NCBI GenBank assembly: GCA_030390025.1
Contig: CM059433.1
Coordinates: forward strand, 28,212,001 to 28,276,000
Length of the DNA stretch: 64,000 bases
Direction: 5' to 3'
From: Squalus acanthias
Lineage: Eukaryota
Below are positions 37,127-49,338 of the stretch, piece after piece. The position numbers were made by a program, and so were the translations under genes. The number at the start of each line of letters is the position of its first letter. Position 1 is the stretch's first letter. The notes beneath the pieces are model-generated. The model did not search any database. It saw only the letters and a list, made by a program, of their open reading frames with translations, and was not told the origin of the DNA.

Positions 37127-38529
37127 GTAAGGACTCCAGTCACTTCTTTTAAACCGACCAATGTAGAAACAGAAAACAGCCAAGTGGGAAAAAAGGGGCT
37201 TGCCTCCTCGTTTGTTTTTTTTAATTAAAAAAATTTTGTCATGTGTTTTTAATATTCTAGCACCGTCCTTTGCACCACTGTCAGGCATCCTAAAAATAGC
37301 TTTGCAGGCTAGGATAGGCCTTTAACGAGCAGGAAAGAGATTTCTGTCTTTCTATTTTTAGCGAAGACTTTTTTCCCTTTGCCCCTCTGTTGTGTCCATT
37401 GAGGTGCTGTCAAATCTCAATGATCCAGAGCCCTGTTCTCACTGAATACACTTAACAGCTCGCCCCCTTTAACCGTGAGTGGATATTCTGTACCTTCGAA
37501 CTAGCAACAAATGGTATGTGCCATCCTGCAATTTTCAGTCTCAGATCTAAACAGCTGGGGTCGTTCTCCTCAGAGCAGAGAAGATTAAGAGAAGATTTAA
37601 TAGATGTGTTCAAAACCATGGAGGGTTTTGATAGAGTCGATAGGGAGAAACTATTCTCACTGGCAGGAGGGTCAGTAATCAGAGGACACAGATTGAAGAT
37701 AATTGGCAAAATAAAAACTCCTGCAGGACATACACAGAAATATATTGACACTAGGTGTGAACTACGATGTATACTGAGAGTTCTTAACTGTTCAGACTTG
37801 AAAACCCAGTTTATAATATGGGTGCAAATTACTATTTATTAATCTATACCACTTCCAACTTATCCAGAGTGATTGTCCTGATTTACTCACACCATACACC
37901 CTGCTTATAATTACATTCCCTACACTACAACAGTGGCAATATTTCAAAAAGTGCTTAATTGGCTGTAAGGTAGCTTTGGGAAGTCTTAGGGTTGTGAAAG
38001 GTGTATAAATGTAAGTTCTTTCTAACTTTACAATGCATAATACAATAAATACAGTTTAAATTTGCCTGTGTAAAGCACTATTAAAGCACATTGTTGTTTA
38101 CACTTTCACCAAAACTTAAAATGACCGCACTATGTGTTAGCAAGCCACTGCATGCCATCAGATGTCACACACACAACAGAGAGAATTTCTGTACCACTAC
38201 CATTTAATGCCTCCAGACAGAATTGTTTATTTGCCTCTACCAGAGGCTGTCCAGGCAAAAGGAAAGGGCAATCTGATCAGACACAGCAGCCAGAGCTTTC
38301 ATTTTCAAAGTCCTGCCACCCAGGCCTAGGTCAGATCCATGTGTAAAGATACAACGTAGACATATTTCATATTGTAATGTAGAATGGAGTACTGCCTGTA
38401 ATGTCTCCAGCATAAATCAGCGGAGCAATTATTCAAATAAATTGATTTTATTACCTTTCTTTGGTATTTATTTCAATCTATGGTTTTGTTCTAAGTATTG
38501 AAATATATATATATATATATATATGATGT

Positions 38530-38920
38530 AAATTGGAGAGATTAGAGAAGCTGGGGTTGTTCTCCTTAGAGCAGAGGAAGTTCTGGGGATATTTAATAGA
38601 GGTGTACAAAATTATGAAGGGTTTTGACAGAGTAAATAAGGAGAAACTGTTTCCACTGGCAGGAGGGTCGGTAACCAGAGGACACAGATTTAAGATAGTT
38701 AGCAAAAGAACCGGGGGGGGGGTGAGATAAGGAGAATTTTTTACACCGTGAGTTGTTATAATCTGGAATGCACTGCCTGAAAGGGCGGTGGAAGCAGATT
38801 CAATAGTTACTTTCAAAAGGGAATTGGATATCTACTTGAAAAGGAAAAATATTGCAGGGCTATGGGAAAAGCACAATGGGCTGAGTGGCCTTCTCCTATG
38901 ATTCCTCTATGATTCTATGA
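38530..38920 (+). mobile_element. CR1 LINE 3' fragment preceded by (TA)n
   Basis: ERLEKLGLFSLEQR motif. Confidence 0.83.
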
Positions 38921-39016
38921 GGTGATCATTCAGGAATATGAAGTACCTACAACACATTACTGGAGTCATTGATTTTCTCCTTTCCATCCACTGCGTGTTC
39001 CGCTGCACAATGTTAA

Positions 39017-39478
<462 letters not shown>

Positions 39479-40174
39479 TAACTGTAAACAGGGCGCTATC
39501 GGATGGTTACAAAGAAATTGAAGATAAAACAAAAGAATTATAATTTTAATTCAATATCCTTATTGCAAACATTGTATGACAATTAACAAATAGAAGCTTG
39601 TTTTACTCTTCAGTAACTCAGCCTACTCTCGGTTAAAATAGTTTAATAGCGTTGGTTGAAGGATGAATGATGGCCAGAATCTTCTGCTTTTCTTCAAATA
39701 GTGTGAATGAGAATCTTTCACATCCACCTGAGCAAGCACACTGTACCTCAATTTAACATCTTATCACTTCCAGTAATACAGCACTCCCTCACTACTGGAC
39801 TGGATTTTGTGCTCAAGTCCTGGAGTGGAGCTATGAACCCTTAACGTCCTGACTCAGAGATGAGAGAGTTACCCACTGAGCCAAACTGTCCTCTGAGAGG
39901 GAGCAATGGTCTTCAGCATCCCCTTTCCCTGGTCTTATTCTCTATTTTTCCCCACGCAAACTGAATTTTAGTTTTCCTCAGTAGCAGCTGGTATTTTGTA
40001 ACCAGGGCAAAATAAGTTTTAGAAGACAAAAAAGTTACTTTTTCTTGCATCTTACTTTTTTAAAAATCCCTCAACGTGTATTCAGTCCCTGGCCTTTGAT
40101 AGCCGTATCATTCCAATCCCTATTTGCCATTAATGATTTTGTTCCCCCCAAATTTATGATTAAAAAGTGAGAAT

Positions 40175-41120
40175 AATTCATAGAATCTTACAGCACGGAA
40201 GGAGGTCATTCGGCCCATCGTGCCAATGCCGGCTCTTTGAGAGAGCTATCCAGTTAGTCCCACCCTCCCTGCCCTTTCCCCATAGCCCTGCAAATTCTTT
40301 CCCTTCAAGTATTTATCCAATTCGCTTTTGAAAGTTATTATTGAATCTGCTTCCACTACCCTTTCAGGCAGTGCACTCCAGATCATAACAACTCGCTGCA
40401 TAAAAAGAATTCTCATCTCATCTCTGGTTCTTTTGCCAATTACCTTAAATCTGTGTCCTCTGGTTACTGACCCTCCTGACGGTTTCTACCTATCTACTCT
40501 ATCAAAACCCGTCATGATTTTGAACACTTCTATTAAATCTCCCCTTAACCTTCTCTGCTCTAAGGAGAACAATCCCTGCTTCTCTGGTCTCTCGACAGAA
40601 CTGATGTCCCTCATCGCTGGTACCATTCGAGTAAATCTCTTCTGCACCCTCCAAAAGGCCTTGACATACTTCCTAAAGTGTGGTGCCCAGAATTGAACAC
40701 AATACTCCAGCTGAGGCCTAACCAGTGATTTATAAACTTCCTTGTTTTTGTACTCTATGCCTCTGTTTATAAAAAATGAGAAGTCGTACAACACCAGGTT
40801 ATAGTCCAACAGTTTTATTTAAAATTATGAGCTTTCAGAGCTGTTGCCCCTTCGTCAGGTAAAGGTACATGACGAACGGGCCAACAGCTCCGAAAGCTCG
40901 TAATTTTAAATAAAACTGTTGGACTATAACCTGGTGTTGTACGACTTCTCATTTTTGTCCACCCCAGTCCAACACCGGCATCTCCGCATCATGACCTCTG
41001 TTTATAAAGCCAAGGATCCAGTATGCTTTTTTAACAGCCTTCTCAACTTGTCCCACCACCTTCAAAGACTTGTGTACACACACCCCAGGTTGCTCTGTTC
41101 CTGCACCCCCTTTAAAATTG
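40175..41120 (-). mobile_element. CR1 LINE 3' fragment interrupted by the Penelope mini-element
   Basis: CR1 RT motifs on both sides of 40774-40994. Confidence 0.87.
40774..40994. mobile_element. Non-autonomous palindromic Penelope-derived mini-element with two hammerhead motifs, inserted in a CR1
   Basis: About 85-bp inverted arms homologous to the pLTR ends at 2194/3715; tail GTCCACCCCAGTCCAACACCGGCAT...; 14-bp TSD CCTCTGTTTATAAA at 40760-40773 and 40995-41008. Confidence 0.88.
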
Positions 41121-41466
41121 TACTTTATTCCCAACAGTAGTTGCTGGCAATAAAAAAAAAAGTGTAAGATTTAAAATTATGAAAATTTTGCCACCATCTT
41201 TGCTGGTTCCATTCTCTCCTGTACCATTTTCTAATTGTGCATCAGATACAATTACCAGTCGATTTAGGGTATCACCTATTCCCAGAGAATAAATTCAAAC
41301 ACTGTTGTGCAAATTAATATTTTTGAAATATTTTTCTCAAAACCTTGCCATGTATATTGAAGCTCAGCCGTTGTAACTAAAATTCAGCTGTCTCATATTT
41401 TTGTTAACATTTATCAAATAAATACACAAGTTAAAATCTGACAATTCAATATAAAGCTGGACACCA

Positions 41467-41562
41467 GGGGGAGAGATTTCCTGTGAGTGATTATGAGTGG
41501 TGAAATTGAATGAAGAGCAGGTTTATGATTTTTAAACAATTTCACAGAGGAAATCTTCCCCT
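41467..41562. mobile_element. Tiny MITE (Harbinger-like)
   Basis: TIRs GGGGGAGAGATTTCCT / AGGAAATCTTCCCCT with CCA on both sides. Confidence 0.5.
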
Positions 41563-41684
41563 CCACAAGTTTAAAGTACAAATGTTTCAAACCACATCCT
41601 GCAGATAGTTACTTGTCTCGAACCCATGGCCTTTGAAGGATACCATTCCAGTGATAACGGGCACAAAGGAATTATAGATTCTTA

Positions 41685-42940
41685 GAATCATAGAATGGTT
41701 ACAGCACGGAAGAAGGCCATTCGGCCCGTCGAACCCATGCCGGCTCCTTGCAAGAGCACCTCAGCAAGTCCCACTACCCCGCCCTTTCCCCGTAGCCCTG
41801 CAAAAATGTTTCTTTCGGGTATTATCTAACTCCCTTTTGAAAGCCGTGATTGAATCTGCCTCCACCACCCTTTCTGGCACTGCATTCCAGATCCTAACCA
41901 CTCGCTGAGTAAAAAAGGTTTTTCCTCATGTCGCCTTTGGTTCGTCTGCCAATCACCTTAAATCTGTGTCCTCTGGTTCTCGACCCTTCTGCCAATGGGA
42001 ACAGTTTCTATCTACTCTGTCCAGACCCTTCATGATTTTGAACACCTCTATCAAATCTCCTCTCAATCTTCTCTGCTCTAGGGAGAACAACCCCAGCTTC
42101 TCTAGTCTATTCACGTAACTGAAGTCCCTCATCCCTGAAATCATTCTCGTAAATCTTTTCTGCACCCTCTCTAAGGCCTTCACATCCTTCCCAAAGTGCA
42201 GTGCCCAGAATTGGACACAATACTCCAGTTGAGGCCGAACCAGTGTTTTATACAGGTTCATCATAATCCTGCACTACCTGCCTCCTCCTCCTCCTCTTCT
42301 GTTTGGTAGTCACCCATTCCCTTTCTGCCTGCACACTCCTTAGCTGCGGGGTTACCACCTCCTGAAATGTGCTATGCACGTAGCTCTCAGCCTCGCGGAT
42401 GCACGGCAGTGACGCCAGCTGCTGTTCAAGCTCCCGGAGCTCGAGCTCCTCCAGCTGACGACACCTCCTGCACATGTGATTGTCCAGGACACAGGAAGCG
42501 TCCTGGAGTTCCCACATGGCACAGGATGTGCATTCCGCTGGACTGAGCTGCCCTACCATGCCTTTATTTATTTGACTATCAACTAACTTTACAGAAACTT
42601 AAGACTAAGATGTATCTAATTCAAGTTATTATTGTAATACAGTATTAACAGTTACTAATTTAATATAGTATTAACAGTTACTAATCTCCAAGCTCCTGCT
42701 TTATCCCTAACCAGCTATTTAACCCCGGCCTCTAACTTGAAGAGAAAAAAAACGGTGTGATGTTTACCAACCAATCAGTTATCAGCTATCCTGTAATGTC
42801 ACTCCTTGTCTTTTTTTGAATCACCACTCAGCTCCCTTTATGCTGCTGCCTCTGCTCCTGCTTAGATCCGTGCTCTGGCCTGGGCTTTCTCTGCCTCTCC
42901 CTTTATGCCGCTGCCTCCGCTCCTGCTCAAGTCCGCGCCA
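41685..42940 (-). mobile_element. Internally deleted CR1 (5' region and ORF1 start joined to the ORF2 3' end)
   Basis: ORF 42248-42559 has CxxC...HxCxxC plus coiled coil (CR1 ORF1-like) and abuts RT C-terminal ORF 41953-42264. Confidence 0.75.
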
Positions 42941-43264
42941 AAAGTGGTGAGAATGTGCAATGCGCCACCACAGGGAGTAGTTGAGGCGAATAGCATAGAT
43001 GCATTTAAGGAGACGCTAGATAAGTAATTGAGGGAGAAAGGAATAGAAGGATATGCTGATGGGGTTAGATGAAGTAGGTTGGGAGGAAGCTCCTGTGGAG
43101 CATAAACACCGGCACAGACCTACTGTGCCGAATGGCCTGTTTCTGTGCTGTAAATACTATGTAATACTACACCTGGAGGCTTCCAATATGGCACGTGCTT
43201 CCTTCTTATTTTGTTTGTTTTTACCAAACCATTGCTTATTAGGGAGTTATTTAGGAACAAAGGA

Positions 43265-43715
43265 AGGAACATAGGAACAGGAGGAGTAGGTCATTCAGCC
43301 CCTTGGGTCTGCTAAATTAGATCATGGCTGATCTGTATCTTAACTCCATCTACCCGCCTTGGTTCTGTAACCCTTAATACCCTTGCCTAACAAAAATCTA
43401 TCAATCTCAGTTTTAAAATTTTCAATTGACCCCCAGCCTCAACAGCTTTTTGGGGGAGAGTTCCAGATTACCACTACCCTTTGTGTGAAGAAGTGCTTCC
43501 TGACATCACCCCTGAACAGCCTAGCTCTAATTTTAAGGCTATGCCCCCTCGTTCTGGACTCCCTCACCAGAGGAAATAGTTTCTCTCTACCATATTAACT
43601 CCTTTAATCATCTTAAACACCTCAATTAGATCATCCCTTAATCTTCTATACTCAAGGGAATACAAGCCTAGTCTATCCTCATAATTTAACCCTTTTAGCC
43701 CCGCTATCATTCTGA
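43265..43715 (-). mobile_element. CR1 LINE 3' fragment
   Basis: Same subfamily as 18585-19130. Confidence 0.82.
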
Positions 43716-43780
43716 TTCTGGGACTCAGGGTGGAAGAGAGGGAATTAAACAGTGGGGACTCAGGCAAGGAGATACAACTC

Positions 43781-44098
43781 AGAGGGCAACACGGTGGCAT
43801 AGTGGTTAGCACTGTTGCCTCACAGCGCCAGGGACCCAGGTTCGAATCCGGCCTCGGGTGACTGTCTGTGTGGAGTTTGCACATTCTCCCCGTGTTTGCG
43901 TGGGTTTCCTCCGGGTGCTCCGGTTTCCTCCCACAGTCCAAAGATGTGCGGGTTAGGTTGATTTGGCTATGATAAATTGACCCTTAGTGTTAGGGGGATT
44001 AAATACGTGGGGTTACGGGGATAGGGTGGGATATGTGTCGGAGCAGGCTTGATGGGCCGAAATGGCCTCTTTCTGCATTGTGGTGATTCTATTCTATG
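43781..44098 (+). mobile_element. HE1-type V-SINE (tRNA-derived, CR1-type tail)
   Basis: A-box TGGCATAGTGG, B-box GGTTCGAATCC, V-domain GTGTGGAGTTTGCACATTCTCCCCGTG...CCTCCCACAGTCCAAAGA, tail (ATTCT)n. Confidence 0.88.
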
Positions 44099-44542
44099 AA
44101 TATGGTGGGGAGAGAAGCAGGTAAGAAGTGGAAAGTGGAACTCCGTCAGATAAAGTATTTAGTGATTGCGAAAGTTAATTAAGCTGCTTGAATTACATTT
44201 TCAGATTTAAAATTTGGTTTGACTTTGGACCTATGGTTCCCAAAGCTCTCCATCACTGGGAGTTTCCTCGTCTCATGACTGGGTCTGTTGATAGAGATTG
44301 ATTGCTATGGTTAGTCAACAATTCCATTATCGTTGTATCATGGGACTGCCAGCATGGTAGAAGGCAAACTAGATGGATCTTGGTCGTTTGTCATCTCGCA
44401 ATTGCTATGTTCCTACTGACTATTTCAGCAGTACTGTGGCCCCAAACTCTGTTCCCCTATATTACTGAGTTGGGACTCAGCGTGGGAGAGAAGTAACAAA
44501 TCAGTGTGGACTCAGGCAAGGGAGATACAACACAACATCATT

Positions 44543-45248
44543 GGGCCTGAATTTGCGATCGGAGGCTTCCCGCGGGTGGATGCCTCCGATCATTAAATTT
44601 TCTACACATTTACCTGGTGGTCCGGGAGATACAGAGGATTGCGATCCTGGGCCTCTCCTGGTAGAAATGCGTAGAGGCCCACGTATCCCAGGGGCACATG
44701 CGGTTCGCAAGCGCCCCTGGGATCACGTGGGCCAGCCCAACCAATGAAAGAAGGGAATCCCCATTCATACTTTTGACAGTTCTGTACGTACGGAACTGTC
44801 ATAAGTATGAATGGGGATGACTTAAAAAATACACCAACACATGAAATAAATTTAAAAAATATTACATATATAAAATTAATTAAAATATTTTAAACAAAAA
44901 TTTAATTTTTTGAAGAAAAAAATGTATATGTTTTAACAGGGCTAAAAATAAACTTACCTTATTGGACAGGGTTTTTAATGTAGAAGTGAGTGATAACATT
45001 TTATTTTTCTATTTTTTAAAACTCTTATGCTGGTAAAAGCAGGCCTTACGCTTGCTTTTACCAGGCGTAAAAATTCCACGGCCTTTCAGCAGGCAGAAGT
45101 TGGGCAAATAGCGCAACTCTCCCCCGCAGAGGCCCTTTTCCTGGGATGCGGAGGATCTGTCAAGAAGATTCTTGACAGATCGTAAGTGCCGGGTTTCAGC
45201 GCGTGCGCACCTCGTAAGCACCCGTAGGGGTCGCAAAATACAGGCCCC
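44543..45248. mobile_element. Harbinger-like MITE related to 35650-36387
   Basis: TIRs GGGCCTGAATTTGCGA / TCGCAAAATACAGGCCC; shares internal GGGATCACGTG, CCAATG and TAAAAATAAACTTACCT motifs. Confidence 0.7.
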
Positions 45249-45786
45249 ATATATTTACAGAAACATCCCTGATGGTTTAGTTTAGAGGTAGAAAGGCGGA
45301 GAGCTTTAGGAAAGGAACTCCAGAGCTAGTGAGGGAACTCCAGAGCTTATAAAATACCCACATTCATAAACTACAGCTTTAATTATCATTAACATCCTGC
45401 AGATGTCTTAAGTCGGCTAGGCCCTATATCTGGAATTCCCTCCCTAAACCTCTCAGCATCTCTACCTCTCCCTCCTCCTTTAATATGCTCCTTAAAACCT
45501 AACTCTTTGACTAAGCATTTGGTCACCTGTCCGAATATCTCCTTCTTTGGCTTGGTGTCTGATTACGTTCCTGTGAAGCGCCTTGGGACGTTTTACTATG
45601 TTAACGGTGCACTACATCAACTAAACCATCAGGGATGTTTCTGTAAATATAAATGTTTTAACTGTGAAACACGTTAAAAGTTAGATGGAGGATATCTGTA
45701 TTTAAATACTTAATATTTACCCAGTGTGTTATCTTTTCCCATTAAACCTGTACATGCTGCAGTGGATACATTGGGCCTAAATGACT

Positions 45787-46352
45787 TTAGAAACATAGAA
45801 ACATAGAAAAATAGGAGCAGGAGTAGGCCAGTCGGCCCTTCGAGCCTGCTCCGCCATTCAATATGATCATGGCTGATCCTCTATCTCAATACCATATTTC
45901 TGCTCTCTCCCCATACCCCTTGATGCCTTTTGTGTCTAGAAATCTATCTATCTCCTTCTTAAATATATTCAGTGACTTGGCCTCCACAGCCTTCTGTGGT
46001 AGAGAATTCCACAGGTTCACGACCCTCTGAGTGAAGAAATTTCTCCTCATCTCAGTCCTAAATGTCCTACCCCGTATCCTGAGACGACCCCTCGTTCTAG
46101 ACCCCCCAGACAGGGGAAACATCCTCCCTGAATCCAGTCTGTCTAGCCCTGTCAGAGTTTTATATGTTTCAATAAGATCCCCTCTCATTCTTCTAAACTC
46201 TAGTGAATACAGGCCTAGTCGACCCAATCTCTCCTCATACGACAGTCCTGCCATCCCAGGAATCAGTCTGGTGAACCTTCGCTGCATTCCCTCTATGGCA
46301 AGTATATCCTTTCTTAGATAAGGAGACCAAAACTGCGCACAGTACTCCAGGC
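45787..46352 (-). mobile_element. CR1 LINE 3' fragment
   Basis: ORF 45886-46287 encodes the CR1 RT end; (TTTCTATG)n tail. Confidence 0.9.
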
Positions 46353-46485
46353 TTTATCTGACTCAGTTCCATATTTTACTTCTTACTTGTTTCTCTCCCC
46401 ATGTAATGGGGAGACTATAATGATAATTGAAGGAATGAGTTATGTTAATCACAGTTTAATTTGTAGATTTTCTTCCTCCCTCTAA

Positions 46486-47010
<525 letters not shown>

Positions 47011-47714
47011 AACACTCTGTGCCTGTGCTATATACAAAATATATTTAACTAAGTGAGTATTGACAGCACTGCGTCAACCAATGAGTTGGAGGTGGGGCGG
47101 GACTTACGGCAGGACTCACAGCAAACAGAGTCCATTTACTCAGCAGAGTATTTATTCAGCAAACAGAGTCAATTTAAACAGTGCACTACAGCAAACAGTC
47201 TACAGAGTCTATTTAAATAGTCTCTATGAACCACAGAAAACAGAACTCATGACCAAAACTGTAAATTCTCCTGATAAAAGCAGGGTTATTTCTCCAGCAA
47301 AATGCAGAGAGTGGAGGTTAGTTACATAATACAAATTATGTGCATAAAATCAATCCCAGTCATTTACAGCAGTGCTGTCTCCAGGCTTGATTGATGGGGG
47401 AATTACCCAATCATCTGGCCAGGACTTGTGGTGTCACTACATGCAGCCTATATTTAAACATGAGGCCATTAGGAAGCATACACAGTCTAATCCTTTAAGG
47501 TTTGCTGACAAGACATAACTAATATAATAATAATAAAGCAGGCATGCCCATTCGTGAAACAACCGAGAAAGGAATCCCAGATAGGAAGAAGGTCAGATGA
47601 CTTCAGAGACCGTAGATGCTGCTGGAGACAACCCCCTGAGATAACATGAATCTTAACTGGTAAATCTTTCCCAACGATTACTGAAAGAAGCTCCCCTGGT
47701 GGATTAGTAATTAG

Positions 47715-48020
47715 ATACACTGCCTGGTGCAGCAGTAAACCACTTGGATCAGAATGTCCTAGCTGTGATTCCCCAGTCTGGTTGAGTTAACTCATTTCGA
47801 GCAGGGCACTGCAGTTGGCCTCATTGCTGAGAGGCTCAAGAGAGAGAGAGAGGACAAGTCCTCCAGGCTTCTCTTTCCTGATCACTACCCAGTAACCCCT
47901 ATTGAAAAGAAGGTTTCTAGTGACGAGGGGATTGGGCCTTGACTGCGATACTGTCCATGGTTGAAAAATGTGCCACACTTCCTGCCTTTGCTCTCGTGAA
48001 GAGAGGCCACTTGACAGACC
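47715..48020 (+). mobile_element. Old SINE-like repeat (related copies at about 12640-12915 minus and 56970-57130 plus)
   Basis: Shared motifs TCCCCAGTCTG...GAGTTA, TTGGCCTCA and CCTGATCACTA.CCAGT.ACCCCT. Confidence 0.45.
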
Positions 48021-48583
48021 ACCTGATAATACAAATGGATTTACTGCAGAGAGAAAGATTCGTCAACCAGGAGTCATCGATTGATTTCTTGTCTCTCCCC
48101 CCAGCAAGCACATTACCCAATGCAGTATCTTCGGGGAGGAGAGGGTTTCCGCAAGATGTTTCCCAGTCCAAAATGGAACACAATTAACTATTTTCAAGCA
48201 AAAGTTGGGAAGCCCACCAGCGCCTGTAGAACTGTCTCCCCAGCAGGAGTCAACACCAACAGGGGAGAAAGATGTTCAAGAGGTTTCATGAAAGATGTCT
48301 TGGCAGATTTACTAATGCTTCACCGCTGAGGACCTTTCCTGGGCAGATTGGTCATTGAGTGGTTGTATGGTGTGTGGACTTTGTTCTTTATATTTCGAGG
48401 TTCTTGATTTTATTTCGAGGTTCTTGATTTAGAGGTTGTTGATTAGGATTGTTTCACCGCTGAACAGGTTTGTTACTTATACCGTCAATGATGACTCTAT
48501 CCAGAACTTTGTTATTGTTGATGCTGTGGTTGGGATACTCACACTATGCAACAGTAGTCTGATGGAAATACATTTGACACATT

Positions 48584-49338
48584 GGGGTAGAGTTTCCGCT
48601 TCGGGTGCAATCGGAAACCCGGGCACAAATTGCGCTCGTTTTCCAATGTGAAGTTACGGTTCAAGTTTCCATTCAAACTCATTTGCATAATCACAAACGT
48701 AAAATCTTCCATGAACCAGCGCAATCGGGCAGCGTTTTAGTACGTAATTTTTTCCCCCCTTGCATTAAAAATTATTCCTTGATGTATTTAAGAGTGGTAA
48801 CCTGGTGCAGCTTAATTAATACAGCTGAAAATGGATTTATCACAAAAAAATAAGCATTTTTAGTCACAGAGTGTCCAGTCTTCCACCTGTGAGTAACCTG
48901 ATTTTAAATAACTGAAAATGACTTAAAAAAACTATACAGAACCATTTACTAGCTATATTGGTGTGCACTAGTCAGTTTCTTAGTCAAATACATTTTTTTA
49001 ATATTTAAAAGCTTTTAAAAAGTGCCTTAATAGTGTCCTTGCGCCTTAAAAAAAAAGAGCTTAATTTTCAGAGCCTCCTCAAAGGCTCGCAAACGGAAGC
49101 AGTTAACCGAAACTCGCCATGCTCATTAATTCATCCTGGGGCGTGGCCTGATCAGGGGCGGGGCAGGGCCGGCTTCCAGCGCTATGTTTTTTAAACTGGT
49201 GCAAAAGATTGCGAAAACTCGATTTGCGCTGAATGTAATTTGTGCTTGAAATTCCTCTTTTTTTTTCCCCCTGGTTTGGTCAATTTCGGGTGAATTGCGC
49301 TGAAAAAACCAGCGCAACCTAGCCGAAACTCCTGCCCC
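48584..49338. mobile_element. Harbinger-like MITE
   Basis: TIRs GGGGTAGAGTTTC / GAAACTCCTGCCCC; GC-rich ends and AT-rich core; TSD imperfect (ATT/ATC). Confidence 0.55.

Noticed and set aside
43785..43860. tRNA gene
   Set aside because: The A and B boxes continue into a V-domain and LINE tail, so this is a SINE head rather than a tRNA.
48391..48437. 20-bp tandem duplication (similar small duplications at about 10140-10180 and 17720-17790)
   Set aside because: These are ordinary slippage duplications with no spacers, so they are not CRISPR-like.
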